Assembly (NCBI GenBank): GCA_964519305.1
Contig: CAZFHY010000018.1
Location: forward strand, 1-64,000
Origin: Candidatus Undinarchaeota archaeon
GTDB taxonomy: Archaea > SpSt-1190 > JASMDC01
DNA length: 64,000 nt
Direction: 5' to 3'
Made by a program: the position numbers and the translations under genes. The notes beneath the pieces were generated by a model. The model made no database searches. It saw only the letters and a list, made by a program, of their open reading frames with translations, and was not told where the DNA came from. This document shows, one piece after another, positions 20,112 to 28,602 of this stretch. Position 1 is the first letter of the stretch, and each line of letters starts with the position of its first letter.

Positions 20112-21062
20112 GTGACCGACGCCGCCATCACAATAGATGGACTGTCCAAGACCTTCGTCTCCCCCTCGCGGACGGTCACTGCGCTCCGTGACTTCTCGCT
20201 CTCCATCGACGGCGGCCAGATCTTCGGTCTGCTCGGTCCTAACGGCGCCGGGAAGACCACACTTGTGGACATCCTAGCCACCGTCCTCCTCCCCACGAGC
20301 GGGACGGCCTGCGTCCTGGGCCACGACGTGGTGCGCGAGACGGCTAAGGTGCGCGAGCGCATCGGCCTCTGTGTGGGCGGCGCCTCCTTCTTCTACAACC
20401 TTACTCCCCGCGAGATCCTTACCTACTACGGCAAGCTGTTCGATCTACCCTCATCCAGGCGCACCCGACGTATCGATGAGCTATTCGAGACGTTCGGGAT
20501 CGCTGCCTTCGAGCACTCACGGTTCTCCAAGCTCTCCACGGGCATGAAGCAGAAGGTCGGCATCGCAAAGTCGCTGCTCAACGATCCCGAGATGTTATTC
20601 ATGGACGAGCCCACCACCGGTCTCGACGTGGACGTTGCGCGCGAGGTGCGCGCCCACTTCACCCGACTCGTCGCAGAGGAAGGGAAGACCATCGTTCTCA
20701 CTTCGCACCAGCTGTTCGAGGTCGAGGAGCTGTGCGCTACTATCGCCGTCATCAACGACGGGCGGAAGGTAGTTGAGGGCTCCATCGACGAGATCCGACG
20801 GGAACTGGGCTTCCCGGACACCATCCGCCTCATCGTCGAGGGCGACGTGGACATGGACGCTCTGCGCGCTCTTGCCGCAGTGAGGTCCGTGGACCGCGAC
20901 GGTACCGAGGTGGTCCTGCGGTCCTCCAACGCCTTCGACACGGTGATGGACCTGGCCGGTCTTGTGAGGGAGAAACGCCTTCCTGTGGTGGACATGGAAG
21001 TGCGCAAGTCGTCTCTGGAGGAGATGTTCACGACGATCGTGCAGGGTGATGGCCGTGGTTGA
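20112..21062 (+). CDS. ABC exporter ATP-binding protein (DrrA-like)
   Basis: GPNGAGKTT, LSTGMKQK, FMDEPTTGLD, SH. Confidence 0.93.
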   Translation: MTDAAITIDGLSKTFVSPSRTVTALRDFSLSIDGGQIFGLLGPNGAGKTTLVDILATVLLPTSGTACVLGHDVVRETAKVRERIGLCVGGASFFYNLTPREILTYYGKLFDLPSSRRTRRIDELFETFGIAAFEHSRFSKLSTGMKQKVGIAKSLLNDPEMLFMDEPTTGLDVDVAREVRAHFTRLVAEEGKTIVLTSHQLFEVEELCATIAVINDGRKVVEGSIDEIRRELGFPDTIRLIVEGDVDMDALRALAAVRSVDRDGTEVVLRSSNAFDTVMDLAGLVREKRLPVVDMEVRKSSLEEMFTTIVQGDGRG

Positions 21063-21849
21063 GAGCGACTGGGCCTTCTTCTACAAGCACCGGCTCATCA
21101 TGCGCCGGTCGCTGGCCGAGATGTCGTGGGTGCTCGTCTACCCCTTCATAACCCTGTTCTCCATCGGCATCCTCACCCGCTACATCGTCAGCGTCGAGGA
21201 GGCACACGATATCGGCGGCTTTATCCTGGTGGGCACCTTCGTGTGGACCTTCTACTCGCTGGTGCAGCGCGCCATGACCTACGGCGTGATGTTCGACATC
21301 TGGAACCGGTGTATCGTGCACATCATCATCGCCCCCCGGTTCGTACGCTCGTTCCTGGTGGGCAACGCTCTGTTCGGCGTGGCGTCGGCGGTGTTCACAA
21401 CGGTGCTCACCGGCGCCTGCGCGTACGTTCTGTTCGGGTTCAACATCCTGGAGGCGGGCTGGATCCTTCCGCTGGCCCTGGGCATCATCACTCTTTACGC
21501 CGTGGCCGAGGGGCTGGTTATCGTGAGCTTCGTGCTCACCCGCGGGTACGAGTACGTGGCGCTGATCTGGCAGGTGGTGGGGGTGATCATGATCCTGTCC
21601 GGCGTGTACTACCCGGTCTCACTGTTCCCCCTCTGGCTCAAGGCGGCCTCCATGCTACTACCCCACACCCACGTGCTGGTGGCCATGCGCGCTGTGATGT
21701 TCCCGGCGCTAATGGACGCAGAGGTCAACGCCGTTAACCATCTCGGTTATGGGCTGCTGCTGGGTGTGCTCTACCTCGCCCTGGGGACGAGGCTGTTCTA
21801 CCGGGCGCTGGACGAGTCGAGGACCACTGGCGCCATCACGGACCTGTAG
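21046..21849 (+). CDS. ABC-2 type permease
   Basis: About 6 TMs; LSGVYYPVSLFP.WL....LP.TH. Confidence 0.9.
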   Translation: MMAVVESDWAFFYKHRLIMRRSLAEMSWVLVYPFITLFSIGILTRYIVSVEEAHDIGGFILVGTFVWTFYSLVQRAMTYGVMFDIWNRCIVHIIIAPRFVRSFLVGNALFGVASAVFTTVLTGACAYVLFGFNILEAGWILPLALGIITLYAVAEGLVIVSFVLTRGYEYVALIWQVVGVIMILSGVYYPVSLFPLWLKAASMLLPHTHVLVAMRAVMFPALMDAEVNAVNHLGYGLLLGVLYLALGTRLFYRALDESRTTGAITDL

Positions 21850-21928
21850 GTAGTTAATGATCGTTCCCGGACCAATGGATGATATCGTGGTACTGTTGCT
21901 ACCCGGTATTGATTAGGTGCGACTTGGA

Positions 21929-22216
21929 TCAGCCATAGAGCATGAGTGTAAAGAGCTCTTGGCACCCTCCCCTTTCCCGGGGAATGTTGGTGACGCACTG
22001 ATTGGTCTGTTCGAACACTTCATTCATGCATGCGGTTTCGCAACTCCCGCCTAGGTTAAGGTCGTTGCACAGATTCTTGCATCCGCTCACGGCATTAGCA
22101 GGGACACTCCGAGGTCCGGGACCTTCCTTGCCTATCTCTAGCATAACGAACACGTTCGCGACCAGCGATATCACGCTGATGGCGAGCACGGCGTAGATGA
22201 GGTTCCTGTCATCCAT
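21929..22216 (-). CDS. Small secreted/anchored 6-Cys protein, copy 1
   Basis: MDDRNLIYAVLAISVISLVAN followed by a Cys-rich domain. Confidence 0.75.
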   Translation of the reverse strand: MDDRNLIYAVLAISVISLVANVFVMLEIGKEGPGPRSVPANAVSGCKNLCNDLNLGGSCETACMNEVFEQTNQCVTNIPRERGGCQELFTLMLYG

Positions 22217-22354
22217 GGTCCTGCATTCATCGGTCCAAGTAATAAAACAATCGTCTTAGCCCACGGGCGCAATCACGGACCTGTAGGTAGTGGTGGATCC
22301 TTCCCCGGACCGGAGACCTGGTCCGTTGGCTTCTATCGTGTCGGTTAATGGTTT

Positions 22355-22657
22355 CTAGTACCCAGTATCATCGTAGGACCATACCTTCCGGCACATGGAG
22401 CATCCGGCCCTTCCCCTGGGATCGACCCTACCATGGCAGGCATTTGTGGCGTCGAGCGCTATACTCCTGCATTTGATCACACAGCTACTACCCAAGTTGA
22501 ATTCAGAGCAGAGCCTCTTGCACCCGCTCACGGCGTTGGCCGGGGGGCTTGCGGGTTCGGGACCTTCCTTGCCTATCTCCAGCATGACGAATCCGTTCGC
22601 GACCAACGATATCACGCTGATGGCGAGCACGGCGTAGATGAGGTTCCTGTCATCCAT
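22355..22657 (-). CDS. Small secreted/anchored Cys-rich protein, copy 2
   Basis: Same N-terminus as copy 1, same Cys spacing, divergent C-terminal half. Confidence 0.75.
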   Translation of the reverse strand: MDDRNLIYAVLAISVISLVANGFVMLEIGKEGPEPASPPANAVSGCKRLCSEFNLGSSCVIKCRSIALDATNACHGRVDPRGRAGCSMCRKVWSYDDTGY

Positions 22658-22759
22658 GGTCCCCCTACCACCGCCCAACTAATAAAGACATAGTTACCGG
22701 TGAGCTGCCGATAACTATCTAAAGCCCCATGCACCTACCTCTGCTAGGAGTGTACCTGT

Positions 22760-23254
22760 ATGGAGATTACCGAGGACACAAGCGAGCGGCTTGTAATATC
22801 ATCCGATCCGTGGATGAACGCCATCGGTGTCGCCACGCTCCTCGCAGGTATCGTCCTTGCGATCATGGCTTTCCAGATCGTAACCGATCCTGACGCCACC
22901 ATACGCGATTATCCGATCGTCTTCATCGGGATGGGCCTGCCCATCGCCGGTCTGTTCATGAGCGTCCACAAAGAGAGCATCGAGGTCGACATGACGGCCC
23001 GACAGCTCACCAAGCGCACGCGTGACCTGACGGGTACCGTGACGGTCGACGTCCCGCTCTCCATGGTCAGCTACGTCAACTGCTGGCCTGTCAGCGTCGA
23101 GAGCGGCAGCATAGCAGAGACCCTCTATCGCGTCTTCATCGGCACGCCCGAGGGCCGTGTAGTGCTGCTCGAGGATGCTGAAAGACCACTGGTCGAGAAG
23201 CTCGCTGCCCGGTTCGAGGCCGCCACGGACCTCGAGGTGGACTGGTCGCCCTGA
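22760..23254 (+). CDS. 2-TM + beta-rich domain protein, paralog 4
   Basis: MEITEDTSERLVI, two TMs, ESIEVD...RQL, LVEKLAARF; shares promoter CCGAwAryTATCTAAAG with paralog 1. Confidence 0.75.
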   Translation: MEITEDTSERLVISSDPWMNAIGVATLLAGIVLAIMAFQIVTDPDATIRDYPIVFIGMGLPIAGLFMSVHKESIEVDMTARQLTKRTRDLTGTVTVDVPLSMVSYVNCWPVSVESGSIAETLYRVFIGTPEGRVVLLEDAERPLVEKLAARFEAATDLEVDWSP

Positions 23255-23271
23255 TGATGGGCATCCCGGGG

Positions 23272-23339
23272 TTGTTATTACTGGATAATAGTGACAATTT
23301 CCGTAAAGTTTATATACTCGGAATGACTACTATACACTG
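23272..23339 (+). promoter_or_regulatory. Conserved 68-bp promoter/operator element, copy A
   Basis: 47/68 ungapped identity with the reverse complement of 28525-28592; contains a TTACT-N7-AGTGAC dyad and TTTATATA. Confidence 0.75.
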
Positions 23340-24278
23340 ATGGGGGCCGGTCGTAAGGCTGCAGTTTTCGCTCACGCCCAGGACATGGACGGCGTGGCCT
23401 CGGCCGCCATCATGAGCCGTTACCTCGAGTCCCAGGGCAAGGAGGTCGAGGTCGACTTCATCAACTACGGCACGGTAAAAAAGGACGTCGAGCGGATGAA
23501 GGAGCTCGAGAACACCGACATATACGTCCTCGACTTCCACTTCGACGACCTAGAGAACTTCAAGGACCTGGACGAAGTGCTCGACCGCGGCAACAAGGTC
23601 GCCTACTGGGGCGACCATCATCCTTTATCACCAGAGCTGAAGACCGCACACGAGCAGTATGCGGCACTCACCGACCTTATCTCACCGAGCGAACGTTGCG
23701 CAGCAGAGATCGCGAAGGACCGGTACGCCCCCACTGATCCTATTTCGCAGAAGCTGGCGAAGTTCGCTCACGACCAGGACTTCTATGACAAGGAGATAGA
23801 AACAGCGAACAAGATGTCCGACCTGATCTCCTCGAACTACGACAAGCAGAAGCTCGTCGGTATGATGAAGACAGGCGAGACCTGGAACGATGAACTGGAA
23901 CAGACATGGCAGAAGTACGACGACAAGCGGCAAGAAGGATACATCAAGATGGACGAGAAGGCAAAGGTATTCACCTACGGTGATTTGACGTGCGCCGTAT
24001 CGATAAAGGAGCCATACCTCTCCGGGTCCGACGCAGGGAACCACCTTCTCGATAAGTACAACACGGACATGATAGCGGTCATGTCCCCCAGCGGCGTCAT
24101 GTCGTTACGAAGAGCGGACGACTGCACCGTGGACCTTGGCGAGGTCGCCAAGATGTTCAACGGCGGCGGCCATGCATATGCGGCAGGCGCAAAGCTCGAC
24201 TTCAAGGTAAAGACCGACGAGGCCTATGCACGAGCCCTGGAGACCATCGACGGGAGGTTGACCGAGTACTTCGGGTGA
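23340..24278 (+). CDS. DHH/DHHA1 phosphoesterase (NrnA/NrnB-like)
   Basis: DMDG, LDF, DHH, SLR, GGGH..AAG. Confidence 0.9.
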   Translation: MGAGRKAAVFAHAQDMDGVASAAIMSRYLESQGKEVEVDFINYGTVKKDVERMKELENTDIYVLDFHFDDLENFKDLDEVLDRGNKVAYWGDHHPLSPELKTAHEQYAALTDLISPSERCAAEIAKDRYAPTDPISQKLAKFAHDQDFYDKEIETANKMSDLISSNYDKQKLVGMMKTGETWNDELEQTWQKYDDKRQEGYIKMDEKAKVFTYGDLTCAVSIKEPYLSGSDAGNHLLDKYNTDMIAVMSPSGVMSLRRADDCTVDLGEVAKMFNGGGHAYAAGAKLDFKVKTDEAYARALETIDGRLTEYFG

Positions 24279-24282
24279 TACC

Positions 24283-25242
24283 ATGGCGTCGATACCTGAG
24301 AACGAGCGAGAAGCGGCGGTGTTCACACACTCCCGCGCCCTCGACGGTGTTGCCTCTGCTGCCATCCTTGCCCGGTACCTCGAGGGACAGGGCAGGGAAG
24401 TCAAGGTCGACTTCATCGACTATGTGACACAGTACGAGGATCTGGACCGGATGAGGACGCTGGGCGATACGGACATCTACATAGCCGACTTCGCGTTCGA
24501 CGACGCCGAGCAGTATGCTGTCTTCGATGAGATCGAGGCCAATGGCAACCGCGTAGCCTACTGGAACGACCATCACCCCCACAAGGACGGCGTAAACGAG
24601 GCCATCACCCGCTATGCAGAGATCGCCGACCTGCGCGGTCCGCGGCCACACTGCGGCGCAGAGATAGCCCAGCAGCGCTACCTGCCCAACGACACAGTGG
24701 CACGAGAGCTTGCGGAGCTTGCCCATGACAACGACTTCTGGGAGCGCAACATCGAGAACGCCAACAAGCTGGCAGATGTGATCGCCTCGGGCTATGACAA
24801 GAACAAGCTCGTAAGTTATCTCAAGCACGGAGAGACCTGGAACCCAGAGCTGGAACAGGCGTGGAAGGCCTATGATACAAAGCGCAACGATGCTTACGAC
24901 CGCCTTAGCGAGAAGGCCGAGGTCACGGAGTACGGCATGACATCGTGCGTGATATCCCTGGCCGACGAAATGCTGGCTACCTCCGACGCTGGAGACTACC
25001 TCCTCAACAAATACGATACAGAGATGTCCATCACCCTCTACCGCGACGGCCGGATGGCGTTCCGCCGGGCCGAGGGCGGGACCGTGGACCTCACCGAGGT
25101 CGCCCGGATGTTCGGTGGCGGCGGTCACCCGTACGCAGCGGGCGCTCATTTCGACGAGGAGATCCAGGACGATACGGCCTACGCGTACGCCCGTGACAAG
25201 GTGGACACGAAGCTCTCGGAATACTTCGCATACGGCCTGTAG
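24283..25242 (+). CDS. DHH/DHHA1 phosphoesterase, tandem paralog
   Basis: ALDG (DxD changed to AxD), ADF, DHH, GGGHPYAAG; colinear with the previous gene. Confidence 0.9.
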   Translation: MASIPENEREAAVFTHSRALDGVASAAILARYLEGQGREVKVDFIDYVTQYEDLDRMRTLGDTDIYIADFAFDDAEQYAVFDEIEANGNRVAYWNDHHPHKDGVNEAITRYAEIADLRGPRPHCGAEIAQQRYLPNDTVARELAELAHDNDFWERNIENANKLADVIASGYDKNKLVSYLKHGETWNPELEQAWKAYDTKRNDAYDRLSEKAEVTEYGMTSCVISLADEMLATSDAGDYLLNKYDTEMSITLYRDGRMAFRRAEGGTVDLTEVARMFGGGGHPYAAGAHFDEEIQDDTAYAYARDKVDTKLSEYFAYGL

Positions 25243-25305
25243 ACGCGGTCGCCCCTTCGGGAAAAGCAAAGCTTATATACCGCCTGTCGAGCCTCTCTTG
25301 TCACG

Positions 25306-26208
25306 GTGACCGAGATGATCTACGATTCGCCACATGTCACGGTGGAAACGACCTATGTCCCTCCCGGTGAGCGGGACGGGCTGGAGGACGGAGCCCCCAT
25401 GACGCTGGACGGTTTCTGCTCCCAGCTGGCGGACACATACCGGACCGAGGCACGCGTTGCCGACGCGGCGTACGCCCTGACGGCCTGCATGACCGGCGAC
25501 CGGCTCACGGCCACCGATCCGACGTCACACCGTGACCGCATGGTGCTCGGGCTGCGCAATAGCGCAAAGAAGCTCGACGACGCTGAGTTCCGCACCTTCC
25601 TCAACGGCTACATGGACAAGCTCGGGGTAAGAGACCGGAGAGAGTTCCTCAACTCCTACGAGTTCGGCAACATCCTCGAGGGCGCCGCCGGTGACGAGAG
25701 ATCCGGTGTGTCCTATATGGCCGCCGCACAGCTGTGTTTGGCAGCGGAGAAGGACGAGGCGCTCCGGGACTCCCTCTACGATATGCGACTGTCCACGGAC
25801 ACCGAGAAGAACATCCGGTTCAAGACCCTTCTGGGTCGGGGGCTCGCACAGGCGGGCACGCTCTACGGCAGCGAGGACGCGCCCATGGTCGACAATGAGG
25901 CCACATCTTACCTGGGTCTGATCGAGGACATGGCGTCCTTCGATCCGGAGCGGATCGACGAGTACAAGGCCACCGTTGACGAGCTGCTGGGCGAGGGGCA
26001 CGAGGCCCGGAACGTCTATCGCATCGACAACCGCATGGCAGTGGCCCGCGAGGTCACCGGATTCGTACGCGAGCTGGCCGCAGAGATGGGCGACGAGGAA
26101 CGGGCGGCCACCGAAGCGGCGCTTCTCACTGCGGTGGACCACTTGTTCGTCGACCTGGCGGAGAAGGATCCCGTCAAGGCCTACGCCCTAAGGCGCGAGC
26201 TCATCTGA
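25306..26208 (+). CDS. Hypothetical acidic helical protein
   Basis: Long ORF with GC3-rich codons; CTTATATA upstream. Confidence 0.65.
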   Translation: MTEMIYDSPHVTVETTYVPPGERDGLEDGAPMTLDGFCSQLADTYRTEARVADAAYALTACMTGDRLTATDPTSHRDRMVLGLRNSAKKLDDAEFRTFLNGYMDKLGVRDRREFLNSYEFGNILEGAAGDERSGVSYMAAAQLCLAAEKDEALRDSLYDMRLSTDTEKNIRFKTLLGRGLAQAGTLYGSEDAPMVDNEATSYLGLIEDMASFDPERIDEYKATVDELLGEGHEARNVYRIDNRMAVAREVTGFVRELAAEMGDEERAATEAALLTAVDHLFVDLAEKDPVKAYALRRELI

Positions 26209-26224
26209 ACGAGCGAGGACCGGC

Positions 26225-26416
26225 TCACACCGATATCGGTGTGTCATCGAAGTTCATCAATGCATGCGTCATGGCGTACGCCATGAAACAGGTCTTGCAG
26301 ACCTGGATGTCCCGGACCCCGGTCGGAAGCTCCACGGACATGACTGCGACATCGTCCGTCTGGATCCCGCACTCGTCGCAACACGCATCGGTCATATTCG
26401 AGAGGAGTGCAATCAT
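26225..26416 (-). CDS. Small CxxC...CxxC zinc-binding protein
   Basis: CDEC and CKTC; palindrome TACTC-N4-GAGTA upstream (26435-26448). Confidence 0.55.
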   Translation of the reverse strand: MIALLSNMTDACCDECGIQTDDVAVMSVELPTGVRDIQVCKTCFMAYAMTHALMNFDDTPISV

Positions 26417-26473
26417 CGTTTTTAAAGGGTTGTTTACTCTAACGAGTATATCTTAAAGCCTATGTTCGAGGTG

Positions 26474-27550
26474 CTACAAGAGGAGTTCTTTGAGCACTTC
26501 CCGGCACTTGTCGAGATTAGCTAGGATGCATGATTCGCCGGGGCCGTGACCGACACCCTGGGTCCCGGGACCGAACGTCACGGCGGGGATGCCGGCGGCC
26601 GCGAACAGTGACGAGTCGACCCAGCCTCTAAAGAAGAACGGGTCCGCGTACCCGAGCACCTTGTCCGATGCGGCCATGACCTTACTGAAGAACGGATCAT
26701 CTGTAGGTAGCAGATAGGGTCCCCGGTACTCGGCGGTACTGCACGGACCAAGCCCCTTGAGGCCAGCGACGACATCGTCCATGTCCTCGGTCGGCGACAC
26801 GCGACGGTTGACCGTCACGTCAGCGCGGTCGGGGATCACGTTGTGGCGCACACCGCCTGAGAGCATGGTCACCGCCATCACGGGCAACGCCTCCATCCCC
26901 GAGTGGAGCGGGACCGGCTTGAGCTCAGCGGCCAGGCGCTCCACCTCGGCCACCAGATGTGCTGCCTTGTACAGGGCGTTGTCACCGCGCTCGGGGCGTG
27001 ATGAGTGCGCTGCACGCCCCTCCAGGGCGAATTTGACGGCTACGTTGCCCTGACAGCCCGGAGAGACGTAGATGTGCTCGCCCACGGCCGTGGGCTCGAG
27101 TATAAGTGCAGTATCAGGCCGATGACGCTCAAGGAAATCGACAACACCGTCGACCTGTCCCTCCACCCCGCCCTCCTCGTTGGTGGAGAACGCGAGGATC
27201 ACCGGTCGTGAAAGGTCCCAGTCTATGATGTCGAGCATCAGCGCAAGACCGCTCTTCATGTCCGAGACGCCAAGGCCGGTCATGACGCCGTCGGCCACCG
27301 TGGGCTTCCAGGGGTCCTGCTCCCAGCCCGACGCGGCCGGTACCGTGTCCAAATGGCCTGAAAGGCACAGACTCTCGCCCTTTTCGGGTCCGAGGAAAGC
27401 AGTGACGTTGTGCAGCTCATCCCGCTCGTAATTAACACCTGCACGCTCGAGCTTCTGGCAGACATAGTCTGCGATAGCTACCTCATTGCCGCTGATGGAC
27501 TCGATAGCGACCAGCTCGGCGAGCGTACGATGCAGCGGCGGGAGGGACAT
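26474..27550 (-). CDS. M20 metallopeptidase/deacylase (ArgE/DapE family)
   Basis: GHLDTV, GLG..DMKSG, NEE, EPT, G.AAHSS, GPG....H. Confidence 0.92.
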   Translation of the reverse strand: MSLPPLHRTLAELVAIESISGNEVAIADYVCQKLERAGVNYERDELHNVTAFLGPEKGESLCLSGHLDTVPAASGWEQDPWKPTVADGVMTGLGVSDMKSGLALMLDIIDWDLSRPVILAFSTNEEGGVEGQVDGVVDFLERHRPDTALILEPTAVGEHIYVSPGCQGNVAVKFALEGRAAHSSRPERGDNALYKAAHLVAEVERLAAELKPVPLHSGMEALPVMAVTMLSGGVRHNVIPDRADVTVNRRVSPTEDMDDVVAGLKGLGPCSTAEYRGPYLLPTDDPFFSKVMAASDKVLGYADPFFFRGWVDSSLFAAAGIPAVTFGPGTQGVGHGPGESCILANLDKCREVLKELLL

Positions 27551-27582
27551 GCTCCCGGGGAAGGAGCGAGATGATAAAAAAC

Positions 27583-28524
27583 CTACTGCCTCAGCGCCTC
27601 GATGAGTGCCACGATGACCTCGTTGGCGCCCTCACCGAAGGTCTGCTTGGTCTGCATGTAGGAGGTGCCAGACTTGTCCAGGGCGGCCTTGAGGTTCTGT
27701 GTCTTCTCGCGCACGGACGCGTCCTCGTGGTTGTCGTTGGAGATGACCACACCGGTGCCCGAGTACTGGAGCGCTCCCAGGTCGTTCATGTTGTCGCCCA
27801 TGTATACCATCTTTTCGGCCGGCATGCTGTACATCTCGGTCATGGTCTCCATGGCGTTGACCTTGGTGCAACCGGGGATAAGGAGCTCGAAAGCGTCGAA
27901 GTGCTGTGACTGGTACTCCTTGGGGATGCCCAAGCGGTCGGCGATCTCAGCAGCCTTGTTGAAGGCCTTCTGGCCTACCGTCTCCATGTGCTTCCCGTAG
28001 TAGGTCTCGTCGTCCATCCCGTCGGGACGAGCGGCCTTGACCGTGGGGCGTACCTCGTTGTCCTGCCAGTAAATGTCGTCGCCGCACTCCTTGCCTACCT
28101 CGACCTTGAACTGGTCGTACAGTGCCTTGATACCGGCGGGCGGCTGGGTGATCTTTTCCTTACCGGGAGTGGAGTATATGCCCTGATCGGCGACCTTGCC
28201 CTCCAGGTAGGAGGCGAAGTTACCGGAAGCGATAGAAAAGAAGCACTTCTCACCGGTCCGCTCCTCGTAGTCGGACATCTCCTGCACCAGCGTCTTTAGC
28301 AGGTACCCTGTGTCGTTGGAGAGCTTCTCCTCCTTGCCGCACAAGGTGAGGTTGTAGTCGGAGATGAGCGAACGGGGCTTCAGTTCCTTGAAGGTGTCCA
28401 CCAGTTCCTGGTTCCAGTACTTACCGGCGACCTCCTGGTAGTTCCCTTTTTCGACGGGATCGAACTTCAGTTCATAGGACCGTACTACCGCACCGTCCTC
28501 TGCGCTAATGACCCCGTCATACAT
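27583..28524 (-). CDS. HAD superfamily (Cof/IIB-like) hydrolase, divergent
   Basis: Motif I SDYNLTL, motif II IASG, K in TKVNA, motif IV GDNMND. Confidence 0.75.
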   Translation of the reverse strand: MYDGVISAEDGAVVRSYELKFDPVEKGNYQEVAGKYWNQELVDTFKELKPRSLISDYNLTLCGKEEKLSNDTGYLLKTLVQEMSDYEERTGEKCFFSIASGNFASYLEGKVADQGIYSTPGKEKITQPPAGIKALYDQFKVEVGKECGDDIYWQDNEVRPTVKAARPDGMDDETYYGKHMETVGQKAFNKAAEIADRLGIPKEYQSQHFDAFELLIPGCTKVNAMETMTEMYSMPAEKMVYMGDNMNDLGALQYSGTGVVISNDNHEDASVREKTQNLKAALDKSGTSYMQTKQTFGEGANEVIVALIEALRQ

Positions 28525-28592
28525 AATCGTATATAGTGCGTTCCGAGTATTTAAATGTTTCCTTTATCGTCACTATTCACCAGTAACAACAA
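28525..28592 (-). promoter_or_regulatory. Conserved 68-bp promoter/operator element, copy B
   Basis: Matches 23272-23339 and sits at the same distance from its ATG. Confidence 0.75.
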
Positions 28593-28602
28593 GTAAGAAC
28601 GA

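Larger units (their letters stand above)
21829..22695. repeat. Diverged tandem duplication, about 437-441 bp unit
   Basis: GGCGCnATCACGGACCTGTAGGTAGT at 21829 and 22266; near-identical 5' halves of two ORFs; CCAAnTAATAAA in both upstream regions. Confidence 0.85.

Noticed and set aside
21829-22695. Diversity-generating retroelement TR/VR pair
   Set aside because: No reverse transcriptase in the window, differences are not confined to adenines, and both copies are ORFs.
23272-28592. IS/transposon terminal inverted repeats
   Set aside because: No transposase or recombinase inside, no target-site duplication seen, and the repeats end exactly at start codons like promoters.
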